Below, in pieces: positions 39,477 to 48,898 of a DNA stretch of 64,000 nt. This DNA comes from Candidatus Krumholzibacteriota bacterium (GTDB taxonomy: Bacteria; Krumholzibacteriota; Krumholzibacteriia; JAJRXK01). The stretch is taken from NCBI GenBank assembly GCA_963806035.1, contig CAWDWO010000026.1, forward strand, positions 96,001 to 160,000. The letters are read 5' to 3'. How positions within the stretch are numbered: the first letter of the stretch is position 1; each line of letters begins with the position of its first letter. Under the pieces are notes generated by a model, which was not told where the DNA came from, made no database searches, and saw only the letters and a program-made list of their open reading frames with translations. The translations under genes and the position numbers were made by a program.

Positions 39477-39533
39477 CCCCAACTGCCTAATTTTCAATGA
39501 GTTTCTAAACTCAGTGCCGGTCGAATCTCAAGC

Positions 39534-39860
39534 TCAACCCGCATGGCGCTGGATGGTCTGGAGGATCTTGTCCTTGGGCACCGCGCCCACGACCTGTTCC
39601 ACCACTTTGCCGTCCTTGAAGAACAACAAGGTCGGGATGCTCATGATGCTGAACTGTCCGGCGAGTTGTTGGTTCTCGTCGACGTTCACCTTGGCGACCT
39701 TGACCGTCCCATCCTGCTCCTTGGCGATCTCCTCCAGGACGGGTCCGATGATGCGGCACGGGCCACACCACGGGGCCCAGAAATCGACGATGACCAGGCC
39801 GGAGGCCTGCTGAACCTCGGCCGCAAAGCTCTTGGTGTCGACCGCGACTGGTGCTGCCAT
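39534..39860 (-). CDS. trxA: Thioredoxin
   Basis: DFWAPWCGPC, SIPTL..FKDG. Confidence 0.97.
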   Translation of the reverse strand: MAAPVAVDTKSFAAEVQQASGLVIVDFWAPWCGPCRIIGPVLEEIAKEQDGTVKVAKVNVDENQQLAGQFSIMSIPTLLFFKDGKVVEQVVGAVPKDKILQTIQRHAG

Positions 39861-39931
39861 GGAGCTACTCCTATCCCCTAGATAGTACTCTATGGGACCG
39901 ATTCGGAAGCGACGATCCCAACGATGCGGCC

Positions 39932-39959
39932 AAGGTACGGCTAAGGGCCCGATTGTCAA
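39932..39959 (-). promoter_or_regulatory. Sigma-70-type promoter for trxA
   Basis: TTGACA-N16-TACCTT on the - strand; -35 contains the holA TGA stop. Confidence 0.55.
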
Positions 39960-40999
39960 GTTTTGCGGGGTTTCGCGGGCGGAAGCGATTCCACGGCCCA
40001 GCTCAGGAGGGCCAGATCGTAGGACAAGGTGGCCCCCAGGCGCGAGGACTTGGCGCGGCGGTCGGCGCGGCGCATGTGCTTCAGCGTGCCGCGCAGCTGC
40101 TCGAAGGAGGAGGCCCGGGCCAGAGCCTCCAGACGGCGCGCCTGCCAGGGGGGAAGGCCCAGGCGGCGCGCGGCGGAGCTTGCATCCTCCCCCTCGTCCA
40201 GCGCGGCCCTGAAGGAGGCCAGTTGGCGTAGACGCCAGCTGAGGATGGCAGCGGTCCCGATGGGATCCCCCCCTCCCACACGCACCTTGGTCCAGGCGCG
40301 CAACGCGGGCAGGGGATCGTTCGAACTCAAGAGATCGGCCACCGCGAAGGCGTCGAGGTCGCGCGAGCGTGCCACCAGCAGTCGCACTTCCTCCGGGCCG
40401 ATTTCGGCCTCGCCCTCCTGCAGAAGCGCCAGCTTCTCCAGCTCGGTCTGGAGTTCTCCGAGGTCATCGCCCACCAGATCGACGAGTTCTTCGACCCCAT
40501 TGCGGGAGAGCTTGAGCGCGAGGTTCGCGGCCTGCCGCGCCACCTGCGTGAAGATGGCGCTGCCGCGCAGGGTATCGAAGTCGACCGCGCAGCCCGCCTT
40601 TGCGCAGGCGCTGGTAAACTTCAGGCGCTTGTCGAGTTTGGCGCTGGTGAAGACGAGAACCGTGCTCGCAACCGGCGAATCCAGGTACTGCAGCAGGCCA
40701 TCCAGCGCGGCGCCGGAGGGCAGCGCTTCGGCGTGGCGCACCCAGACGAAACGCTTGCTTCCAAACATGGGATAGGCGGATGCGGCCTCGACGATGCTCG
40801 ATGGAAGGCACTCGTCGGCCTGCAGAACCTGCGCGTTGAACTCGGCGGACTGCGGGTCGAGAACCTTTTCCTTCAGCCAGAGCGCGGTGCGTTCGGCGCG
40901 CCAGGTGTCCGGCCCGGCCAGAAGATACACCGGCGCCGGATCGTTCTTGGCGAGGGTGCTCTTGAGTTCGGCCGGGGTGAGAATCTTCGCGCTCGCCAT
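39956..40999 (-). CDS. holA: DNA polymerase III subunit delta
   Basis: PVYLL.G, FN, PMFG..R.V, LD.R.K, ELEKL, D...KS pattern; downstream of lptE. Confidence 0.88.
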   Translation of the reverse strand: MASAKILTPAELKSTLAKNDPAPVYLLAGPDTWRAERTALWLKEKVLDPQSAEFNAQVLQADECLPSSIVEAASAYPMFGSKRFVWVRHAEALPSGAALDGLLQYLDSPVASTVLVFTSAKLDKRLKFTSACAKAGCAVDFDTLRGSAIFTQVARQAANLALKLSRNGVEELVDLVGDDLGELQTELEKLALLQEGEAEIGPEEVRLLVARSRDLDAFAVADLLSSNDPLPALRAWTKVRVGGGDPIGTAAILSWRLRQLASFRAALDEGEDASSAARRLGLPPWQARRLEALARASSFEQLRGTLKHMRRADRRAKSSRLGATLSYDLALLSWAVESLPPAKPRKT

Positions 41000-41568
41000 C
41001 ACCACTCCTCGATGACCAACGCGAGGATCGCGCGCACCAATTCGTCCGCCGCTTCCTTGCGCGCGTTCTCCTCGCCCTCGGGCCCTTCGTCGGTGAAGTA
41101 GTCTCCCTTGCCGCGAATCGTGGTCGGTTTGACGATGACGTCGCCGGTCGCGCGATCCACCAAACTCACTTCGCAGGCCACGCGAACTTCATACTCCTGC
41201 GCTTGGCGGTTTTCCGCGAAGAAAACCTCCTGGATCTTGAAGAAGGTGATCTTGCCCAGGATGAGCGCGTCGGCCTGATTCTCTTCGGTGAGTCGCAGGG
41301 TGCGGTCCGCCACGATTCCCGCGATGATCGCATCGGTGAGGCTGACCTCGAGTTCCGGTTCGGTGGTTTCGTTTTCGAAGTAGGGAACGGCGACGCTCTC
41401 CAGCCCCGGCTTCACGCGGCCTGGCGTGAGGCCGTAGCCGCATCCTGAGAGCACGAAAACGAGAAGCAGGATCCAGAGCGGAATGTTTTGCTTCAGGACG
41501 GCGTGCGACCGCGAGCCGCGACGAACCCCCGTCCTTTGCTCGCAGTTGAACACACGCGCGTCTTGCAT
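40999..41568 (-). CDS. lptE: LPS assembly lipoprotein LptE family; start uncertain
   Basis: Lipobox LSGC-GY, SVAVP.FEN.T.EP.LE..LT, ADA.I.G.I; adjacent to holA. Confidence 0.82.
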   Translation of the reverse strand: MQDARVFNCEQRTGVRRGSRSHAVLKQNIPLWILLLVFVLSGCGYGLTPGRVKPGLESVAVPYFENETTEPELEVSLTDAIIAGIVADRTLRLTEENQADALILGKITFFKIQEVFFAENRQAQEYEVRVACEVSLVDRATGDVIVKPTTIRGKGDYFTDEGPEGEENARKEAADELVRAILALVIEEW

Positions 41569-41570
41569 CG

Positions 41571-42968
41571 TCAGAGCAGCTCGAAAGTCTTCATCCGGTA
41601 ACGGAGCTTGTCCCGGTTGATGTTCAGGTACTTGGCAGTGAGGCTCTGATTGCCTTCCGCCTTGTGGAACGCCTTTTCGATGAGCGTCCGCTCCAGATCC
41701 TCGACCAGCGTGTCGTAGGGAATTCCCGCCTCGGGAATCGCTCCCTTGAGAACTTCCTCGATACGCTCCAGCAGCGAACCCTCGTCCGTGCGCTCGTTGC
41801 CCGTGATGGGCACCTGGGAAGCCAGCAGCTCCTCGCCGTCCTCCAAGAGCGCGATACGCTCCATCATGTTCTTCAGTTCCCGGATGTTACCCGGCCAGGG
41901 ATAGCCCACAAGCACCTTTTTCGCCTCGGGCGAAAGTCGTTGGAAACGCTTGTGAAAGGCCTTGGCGTAATTGCGCAGGAAATGCTCGGCCAGAAGGATG
42001 ATATCCTCGCTGCGCTCCCTCAGGGGCGGAATGTGCAGCGGAATGACCTTCAGGCGATAATAGAGGTCTTCCCGGAAAGTCCCTTCTTCAACGCATCTTA
42101 TGAGGTCGCGGTTGGTGGCGGACACGATGCGGACGTCCACCTGGATGTCCTTCACCCCGCCCACGCGCCGAAAGCTCATCTTTTCCAGCACCCGCAAAAG
42201 CTTCACCTGGATGGTGAGACTCATTTCGCCGATCTCGTCCAGGAACAGGGTGCCGCGGTGCGCCAGCTCCAAAAGGCCGCGCTTTTGGTTGATGGCGTCG
42301 GTGAAGGCGCCCTTCTCGTGTCCGAAGAGCTCGCTCTCCAGAAGCTCCTCGGGCAGCGAGGCGCAGTTGATCTCCAGGAAGGCATGATCCCGCCGCGGAG
42401 AATTCTGGTGGATGAGGTTGGCCACCACGTCCTTGCCCGTGCCGCTCTCCCCTTCGATGAGCACGGTCGTGCTCCCCCCCACGGCGATGCGGCGGATGAG
42501 GTCGTAGATCTCGAGCATCTTGGGCGCGACGCTGGGCACGATCTCGCTGCGCGGATCGATGATCTCACTGCGCAGCCGCAGCTGGTGCAATTCGGAGTGA
42601 AGCTTTCCCGTCTCGAGACCGCGCCGCAGAATGAGCAGAAGCTCTTCGAGGTTGATGGGCTTGTTCACGTAGTCGAAGGCGCCAGCCTTCATGGCCGACA
42701 CCGCGGTCTCGACGTCACCGAAGGCCGTCATCATCACTACACACAGGTCGGGATAGAGGTTTTGGATGCGCTCGAGCACATCCAGACCGCTCATGTCCGG
42801 CAGCTTCAAGTCCAAAAGGACGAGATCGGGAATGGTGCTCTCGATGAGCTTGAGCGCCTTGCTTCCCGTTTCCGCACTGATGACTTCGAATCCCTCCTCC
42901 GCCAGGGTGCGGCGCAGAAAGAAGAGAATGGATTCCTGGTCATCGATGATGAGAATCTGCGGTTTCAT
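41571..42968 (-). CDS. Sigma-54-dependent response regulator (REC-AAA+-HTH, NtrC family)
   Basis: IIDD/LLD receiver, GESGTGK, ESELFGHEKGAFTDA, LFLDEI, WPGNIREL, Fis-type HTH. Confidence 0.97.
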   Translation of the reverse strand: MKPQILIIDDQESILFFLRRTLAEEGFEVISAETGSKALKLIESTIPDLVLLDLKLPDMSGLDVLERIQNLYPDLCVVMMTAFGDVETAVSAMKAGAFDYVNKPINLEELLLILRRGLETGKLHSELHQLRLRSEIIDPRSEIVPSVAPKMLEIYDLIRRIAVGGSTTVLIEGESGTGKDVVANLIHQNSPRRDHAFLEINCASLPEELLESELFGHEKGAFTDAINQKRGLLELAHRGTLFLDEIGEMSLTIQVKLLRVLEKMSFRRVGGVKDIQVDVRIVSATNRDLIRCVEEGTFREDLYYRLKVIPLHIPPLRERSEDIILLAEHFLRNYAKAFHKRFQRLSPEAKKVLVGYPWPGNIRELKNMMERIALLEDGEELLASQVPITGNERTDEGSLLERIEEVLKGAIPEAGIPYDTLVEDLERTLIEKAFHKAEGNQSLTAKYLNINRDKLRYRMKTFELL

Positions 42969-45001
42969 GATTGGCTCCCGATGGTAGTGGGCGCTAGAGG
43001 CAAGAGAATCCGGATGCGGGCTCCCCGTGCCGGTTCACTGAAGGCCTGGAGAACGCCGCCGTGGCGCTCCACGATGTTGTGCGAAACGAAAAGACCGAGA
43101 CCGGTACCGTCCGCCTTCTTGGAGTAGAAGGGTTCGAAAATGTGCGGCAGATCCTCGCGGGCGATTCCCGGACCCTGATCGATCACCTCGAAGGCGATGG
43201 CTTCCTCGAGTTCCGGTTTCGTACTGGCGTGATCCATCTTGCTCAACTTGAGCAGCACCGTGTTGCCGGGTTCGCTCACCTCGACTGCATTCTTGAGCAG
43301 GTTGAAGAGAACCTGGTGGATCTGATCCCGGTCGATGCGATAGCTCGGCAAGAGGTCTTCACTCTCGATTCGTATCTCGACTCCACGCTCCTGGGCCCAA
43401 TCTTTTATGGAGCGGTGGACTCTCTGCGCGGTCTGCAATGCGGAAGTCTCCTCCTTTTGCAGACGCGCGGGGCGAGCGACCTGGAAGAGATTGCGGATGA
43501 TTCCGTCGAGGCGCTGAATCTCCTCCTGGATCACGCTCACACTCTCTGCATCCTCGTCCTCGAAGGCGCCTTTGCGCGCCAGGTAGTCCATTCCGGCGCT
43601 GATCCCGCCCAGAGGATTGCGAATCTCGTGCGCCATGCTGCTGGCGAAGCGCCCGATCGCGGCCAGGGTATCCAGGTGCCGAATCTCCTCCTGCATCAGG
43701 TGCACCGCGCTGAGGTCCTCGATCACCGCGATGACTCCCACCAGCCCCCCCTCCTCGCGACGGTATTTGGCCAGCGTCACCAGCACGGGAATGGAAGACT
43801 CCGGGCTGAGACCCATGCGTCCCTCCCAGCGCAGACTCGGCTCGCGCCCCAAAAGAGCCGCCTTGGAAGGAGACTCCACGCCCGGAACCCACATCAGGGA
43901 GTCCAGCTTCCTCCCCACCAGCTGTTTCTGTGAGCTCGTGAGAAGCTCCTGCGCGCGGCGATTGATGAAGATCACCCGCCCGCGGTCGTCGGTGGTGATG
44001 AGGCCGTTGCTCATGCCGTCCAGTATCTGGTCGCGAAAGCGCTCTCCCATTTCGAGCTCGTGGTACAGGCTCGCGTTTTGAAGCACCGCGCTCACCGCGT
44101 AGCTCAGCGACTCCAAGGTCAATTGATCCGCCTTGCGTATCCCGGCCGGACGCGCGCGATCGGTGACCACCATGAGTCCGTACAGGGGATAGTGGCGGCA
44201 GGAAATGCAGGGGTGGAGATCGAGACCGCCCTCGCCGATGGGAAAGCTCTCACGGATCTGTTCCGAAGGGGCCAGTTCGAACACGGGACAGTCGTCGTGG
44301 TACAGCCAGCCTCCCTTGAGGCATTCGTGGCGCGGCAGCGGCGTGAGCAGGGGCACCACGAGGTGCGCTCCGTGCTCCCTGAACGCGGCCGGAGATTCTC
44401 CGTTCACGGTCAAGAGCAATTCGCTCGAGTTCTCGGCCACCAGAATGCTACTGGGATTGCGCATCGCGCGGGCGGCGCTCCCGCCCAGACCGCCCAAAGA
44501 CCAGCGCAGACTCTCCACCACCGAGCCGCTGGCGCCCGGGTGCAACCAGCGTCCCACCAGCTCGCGCGACTTGCGCTCGATGCGCAGGATCATGACCTCT
44601 TGGAATCCGCTCGCGCGGTGGCAGTAGACCAAAGCTCCGTCCACCGTGTGTTCCAGCCGGCCCGGACGGGCCAGCGCCTGCCAGAGTTCACGCACGCTCA
44701 AAAGTTGGATGTTGGTGTTCACCAGACGCAGACGCGCGTCCTCGTAGCTGTGCTTGAGCTGCAGGACCCGGGCGCGCACTCCGCGGTAGAAGTCCAGAAT
44801 GCCCAGACCGCCGGAAGCTTCCTCGGCGTCACGGCCCAGGGTGTCCCAGCCCCGTAGCAGCTTGCGTGTGTGCAGATGGAAGAGAATGCCCACCAGCGCC
44901 CAACAGATCGCCAGCACGACGATTCCCGAGACACGCTCGCGCAGGGCCAGCGCCAGCGCGGGGGCGAGAAAAAAGGAGAGAATGAAGGCGCGGTGGATCA
45001 T
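42965..45001 (-). CDS. Membrane sensor histidine kinase (TM-GAF-like-PAS-HisKA-HATPase)
   Basis: Two N-terminal TMs, PAS (GLITTD..G...FIN), AHEIRNPL, NLLKNA, DQGPGI, GTGLGL; 4-bp overlap with the regulator. Confidence 0.93.
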   Translation of the reverse strand: MIHRAFILSFFLAPALALALRERVSGIVVLAICWALVGILFHLHTRKLLRGWDTLGRDAEEASGGLGILDFYRGVRARVLQLKHSYEDARLRLVNTNIQLLSVRELWQALARPGRLEHTVDGALVYCHRASGFQEVMILRIERKSRELVGRWLHPGASGSVVESLRWSLGGLGGSAARAMRNPSSILVAENSSELLLTVNGESPAAFREHGAHLVVPLLTPLPRHECLKGGWLYHDDCPVFELAPSEQIRESFPIGEGGLDLHPCISCRHYPLYGLMVVTDRARPAGIRKADQLTLESLSYAVSAVLQNASLYHELEMGERFRDQILDGMSNGLITTDDRGRVIFINRRAQELLTSSQKQLVGRKLDSLMWVPGVESPSKAALLGREPSLRWEGRMGLSPESSIPVLVTLAKYRREEGGLVGVIAVIEDLSAVHLMQEEIRHLDTLAAIGRFASSMAHEIRNPLGGISAGMDYLARKGAFEDEDAESVSVIQEEIQRLDGIIRNLFQVARPARLQKEETSALQTAQRVHRSIKDWAQERGVEIRIESEDLLPSYRIDRDQIHQVLFNLLKNAVEVSEPGNTVLLKLSKMDHASTKPELEEAIAFEVIDQGPGIAREDLPHIFEPFYSKKADGTGLGLFVSHNIVERHGGVLQAFSEPARGARIRILLPLAPTTIGSQS

Positions 45002-45042
45002 GTGGCTCGCGGTACTCCCCCCAGGAGTCCGCAGATGCCTCA

Positions 45043-45058
45043 ATCAAGGATCGTGCCC
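45043..45058 (-). promoter_or_regulatory. Possible sigma-54 promoter (variant -12) for the HK-RR pair
   Basis: GGGCAC-GATCC-TTGAT on the - strand. Confidence 0.4.
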
Positions 45059-45171
45059 AGCTGCGCCAAATTCCCCACTCAGGCGTTTGAAGGGCTCGAA
45101 AGGTACGGATTCGAGGATGCTGGAGGAATCTGCGAAGGAGCGACTCTGGCCGCCAGAAGGGGCAAAAAGCC

Positions 45172-45972
45172 CTAGAGTGCCCCGCGCCCCGTGATCACGA
45201 CGCGAACCGTCGCCACGAGCAGGCGCAAGTCGCGCAGCAGACCGAAGCGCGTGATGTACTCCAGGTCCAGTGCCACCTTCTTGTGCACGCTGTCGAGCGA
45301 CTCGTCGTAGCCGCTCTCCACCTGGGCCAGTCCGGTGATCCCGGGCTTGAAGCGAAGCCTCTCCAGATAGCCGGGGACCTCCCGGCTCAAGAGAGAGATG
45401 AACGGCGGACGCTCGGGACGGGGCCCCACCACGCTCATGGAACCCCTGAGCACGTTGTAGAACTGCGGGAACTCGTCGATTCGCGTCAGCCTGAGAAAGC
45501 GACCGACGCGCGTGATCCGCGGGTCGTTCTCGCTCGCCCAGCGCATCCCCTCCGATTCGGAGTTGATGTACATGGTCCTGAGCTTCCAGATCTTGAAGGG
45601 CCTGCCCTCGGCGATCACGCGGCGAACGTCGCGGCTCTGCTGCTGGCAGCGTCTCTCCCCGATCTCCGGGGCCTGGGACTGCTCGCGCCGGCGCTCACGC
45701 CCGCGACGGTTGATGCCCACCCGAATTTGTCCGTAGAACACCGGGCCACGCGATTCGAGCTTGATGGCCAGCGCCAAAAAGGGCAGCAGGCAGGCAAAGA
45801 AGCCCAGAGCGACCAGGGAGAAGACGATGTCGAAGGCGCGCTTGACGCCTCGCTTCCAGCTCGGCACCTGTCCGTAGAGCGGAATCGGGCTCCCGAGGTA
45901 CTTCAGCTGCGGGGCGTCGTAGCTGCGGGAATGCGATCCCACGTGCTGGATCATCGAAGGGTGGAGCTGCAT
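45172..45972 (-). CDS. Priming sugar-phosphate transferase (Bac_transf family, small form)
   Basis: KRAFDI, F.IWKLRTM, DPRITRVG.FLR..RIDE.PQ..NVL.G.MS.VGPRPE, KPGITGLAQV. Confidence 0.95.
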   Translation of the reverse strand: MQLHPSMIQHVGSHSRSYDAPQLKYLGSPIPLYGQVPSWKRGVKRAFDIVFSLVALGFFACLLPFLALAIKLESRGPVFYGQIRVGINRRGRERRREQSQAPEIGERRCQQQSRDVRRVIAEGRPFKIWKLRTMYINSESEGMRWASENDPRITRVGRFLRLTRIDEFPQFYNVLRGSMSVVGPRPERPPFISLLSREVPGYLERLRFKPGITGLAQVESGYDESLDSVHKKVALDLEYITRFGLLRDLRLLVATVRVVITGRGAL

Positions 45973-46189
45973 TCTGGACCTTTCACACACCCGCGCCGGC
46001 AAAGCGTCTCATTGGACTTTGGGAGCTGATCTGGACTGCGGCCTCCGGGCGGACGCGAAGCTGGGACTTCAGCGGGCGTGACCGGAGAGCCACGACTTCA
46101 GGAGAGCGCCGGTAGAACTCCCCCAATCGTCAAGGACGAGATTAGCTCTTTCTTTCCCCTTCCACCAGGCAAGATCCTCGCCGGGCGCC

Positions 46190-47305
46190 TCAGAAGCTTC
46201 GCGCCAGGCTCAGCCCGGGCGCCTCTCCAACCCAGGCCACTCGCAAATCGACTCCCAGAGCGCCAATTCGCCCGTTTTCCAGCGGTATGGGAGAATCGTC
46301 GGCCAGGAAGATCGCATCCGCCATGTTCAGGACCCAGAGCGCCCCCATGCCGAAAATTACCGCACGCCTGCGTGATTTCGCGCTCTCGAGGTCCCCCTGA
46401 GCGGTGGCCCAGCTGGCTTTGGCCTCGGCCGTGGCTCCGCCCTGGCTCTCCTGAAGGGCGACCACGCGTCCGGCATCCTGTTCGCTGACCTTGCGTTGGT
46501 CCACGAAGCGCTGCGTCTCCACCAGCGTCACCCCGGCCAGAAAGCCCAAGGATGACCACACGAGACCCCGCGTCTCGTGGCCCAGGCGCGTCTGCCCGGA
46601 TCCGGGATAGAGGAGCGAGAGCATGCCCACCCCCAGCGGGGAAGGCGGCCGGTAGCGGGCGGCGATGCTGCGGGTGCCCGAGAGTTCGAAGCGGTAGGGT
46701 CCGCGCCGGACCGCGGCGTGGATGATGTTTCCCAGGTGGGCATAGAGCGCGAGATAGCCGTAGTTGTTGCGCGTCTGTTCCTCGAGCCAGACCTCGTCTG
46801 CGAGGTGATTCGCCACGCGCTGGTAGGCCGGAGTGAGTTTATCCGCGGCCGAGGTCTGCGCCGCGACCGCGTCCATGGTCTGCTGCCGATCGTTGACGCG
46901 CGCGGAGTAGCGAAAGACCTGTCCCAGGGCATTGCCCACTTCAGCCATCGGAACGAGCGCCGAGGCCGGCGAGAGATCGCGGAGCTGTCCCAGGCCGGGA
47001 ACGAGGGTCGAGAGCAGAACACGGCTTCCGCGGCGGTCGGAAAGCACCACGCGGGTGCCCGCGTCCATCGTGATCTGGGCCTGCCGGACCCCGTCGCGGT
47101 AGAGCTGCACTTGGTAGCGTCCCGGCGTGAGGTCGTCCATCGCGAGTGGCGCCATGGACGAACGCTTCATGTCCTTTCCCTGAAGGACAATTTCGCTGTT
47201 GCTCACCTGTGATGTCACGCGAAACGCATTGGGCGAGTTCTCCTGCGCCCCGGCCGGAATCGCCATCGCGCAGAGGAGGAATAAAAATAGGATCATCGGA
47301 CGCAT
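46190..47305 (-). CDS. Exported/membrane protein with PEGA-like segment and two DUF5683-like repeats
   Basis: Signal peptide, PGRYQV, two S..PG.GQ motifs each followed by an N..[HD]A helix. Confidence 0.6.
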   Translation of the reverse strand: MRPMILFLFLLCAMAIPAGAQENSPNAFRVTSQVSNSEIVLQGKDMKRSSMAPLAMDDLTPGRYQVQLYRDGVRQAQITMDAGTRVVLSDRRGSRVLLSTLVPGLGQLRDLSPASALVPMAEVGNALGQVFRYSARVNDRQQTMDAVAAQTSAADKLTPAYQRVANHLADEVWLEEQTRNNYGYLALYAHLGNIIHAAVRRGPYRFELSGTRSIAARYRPPSPLGVGMLSLLYPGSGQTRLGHETRGLVWSSLGFLAGVTLVETQRFVDQRKVSEQDAGRVVALQESQGGATAEAKASWATAQGDLESAKSRRRAVIFGMGALWVLNMADAIFLADDSPIPLENGRIGALGVDLRVAWVGEAPGLSLARSF

Positions 47306-47392
47306 AAGGACCTCTCGGCTGATGTTTACCGCGGACAGTCTAGAACGGCGAGCGAAGGGAAGCAATTGTTCAGGCTCGCGGAGCGCGTCGGT

Positions 47393-48898
47393 TCAGCTTC
47401 CGCTCTCCGGCTGGCCCCCCATCTCTTTCATCATCTCACGCGCCCGCAGAGCGGCACGGCTTCCCGGCACCTGCTCGTCCACCCACTCCAAGTAGAGGCG
47501 GCTCAGCCTGGGGTTCTTCATCTCGTCGCGCGCGATTTCCGCCGCGCGCAGGAGCGCTTCGCCACCCCTTCGCTGTCTGCCCAGGATGTGGTGGATCTGC
47601 TCGAGTTGACGCAGAGCATCTTCGGTTTCGTGCAAAGCGAGGAGACAATCCACCGCGTGTTCGCGGGCGGCAATTCCCACCGCACCCGCCGAGGCGTGTC
47701 CGGAGATGAGACGCTGGTACTGCTCGAGCGCTCGATTGAGTTCGCTGGTGACAGTGCCCGCGTTGCCCCTGTCTCTCTGAATGTCCACCAGACGCATGGG
47801 GGCTTCCAAGCCGGCCGCCGTGTCCGGATAACGCTGGATGAGTCGGCGCAAGGTCTTCTGAGAGCTGGACCAATCCGAGGCGTCCAAAAGAAGTTCGGAT
47901 TTGCGCAGGAGGGCCGCCGCCGCGAGGCGAGACTGGTCGGGGAAATCATGCACGACCTCGTCCAGCGCGAGCATGGCGTCGTTGCGACGATTGAGATCCA
48001 CGAGGATCTCCGCGCGACGCAGCTTCGCCAAACCGCGCAGGCTCTCGGTCTGTGCTTCCTTGATGACTCGCAGATAGAGCGAATCCGCGCGCTGTGGTTG
48101 GTTCAGGCCGTGCGCCAAAATCTCAGCTCGATCGAAGAGAGCATTCAAACGGTCTTCCGGATCAAGCTCGCGCGCTTCGTAACGGCCCAGACTTCGCTCC
48201 GCGTCTTTCCAACGGTGAGCCGCGATGTCCAGACGATGATCCAAGAAGGCCGCGCGGTCCCCGGTGCGCCTGCCCTGCCATTGCTTCTGCACCCATCCGT
48301 AAAATTGGTGACCCTCCACCCTACCCTTCTCGGTGAGAAGACTGTCGGCCTTACCGTCGAGATCTTGTACCAACACCAAGGGCAAGCGCAGGATCTGGGG
48401 GTCGAGAGTACTGGGAGCCGGGGGCTCTTGCATGAGGGAGTAGAACTCTCCGTAGAGACTGACCGCGTCTTCCCATCGTTCCTGCGTGCGGGCCGACTCG
48501 GCGCGCAGCAACGCGGCCTGACGCCGCAGAATGATGGGCCCGGTGTCCTGGGCCGCGCGTAACTGGACTTCCGCCAGGTCGAAACGCCCGGCGCGCAGGA
48601 AGGAATCGCCGGCCTGGATCCTTCCCCATGCCTGCAGCGAGGATAGTTCGGCCATGACCTTGGGGTCGCTCTTCCCGTGCACCTGACTCGGATCGGCACG
48701 TTGGGCGACCTCGATGTAGGCCAGCCCGGTGCGGTAGTAACCCTTGCGAATCTTGGGGTCCGCCTCCAGGGAGAAATTGATGGCTTCGCGTTCGGCCCAG
48801 TAGCGAGCACGTTCTGCCTGGTAGCGGGCGCGCATGTCCTGGCGGCCGCATCCGCACACGAGGATCAAGGAGAGGAAGAGGAGTCCGCGCGCTCTCAT
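47393..48898 (-). CDS. TPR lipoprotein
   Basis: LILVCGC lipobox-like signal, multiple TPR-like helix pairs; 4-bp overlap with upstream gene. Confidence 0.75.
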   Translation of the reverse strand: MRARGLLFLSLILVCGCGRQDMRARYQAERARYWAEREAINFSLEADPKIRKGYYRTGLAYIEVAQRADPSQVHGKSDPKVMAELSSLQAWGRIQAGDSFLRAGRFDLAEVQLRAAQDTGPIILRRQAALLRAESARTQERWEDAVSLYGEFYSLMQEPPAPSTLDPQILRLPLVLVQDLDGKADSLLTEKGRVEGHQFYGWVQKQWQGRRTGDRAAFLDHRLDIAAHRWKDAERSLGRYEARELDPEDRLNALFDRAEILAHGLNQPQRADSLYLRVIKEAQTESLRGLAKLRRAEILVDLNRRNDAMLALDEVVHDFPDQSRLAAAALLRKSELLLDASDWSSSQKTLRRLIQRYPDTAAGLEAPMRLVDIQRDRGNAGTVTSELNRALEQYQRLISGHASAGAVGIAAREHAVDCLLALHETEDALRQLEQIHHILGRQRRGGEALLRAAEIARDEMKNPRLSRLYLEWVDEQVPGSRAALRAREMMKEMGGQPESGS

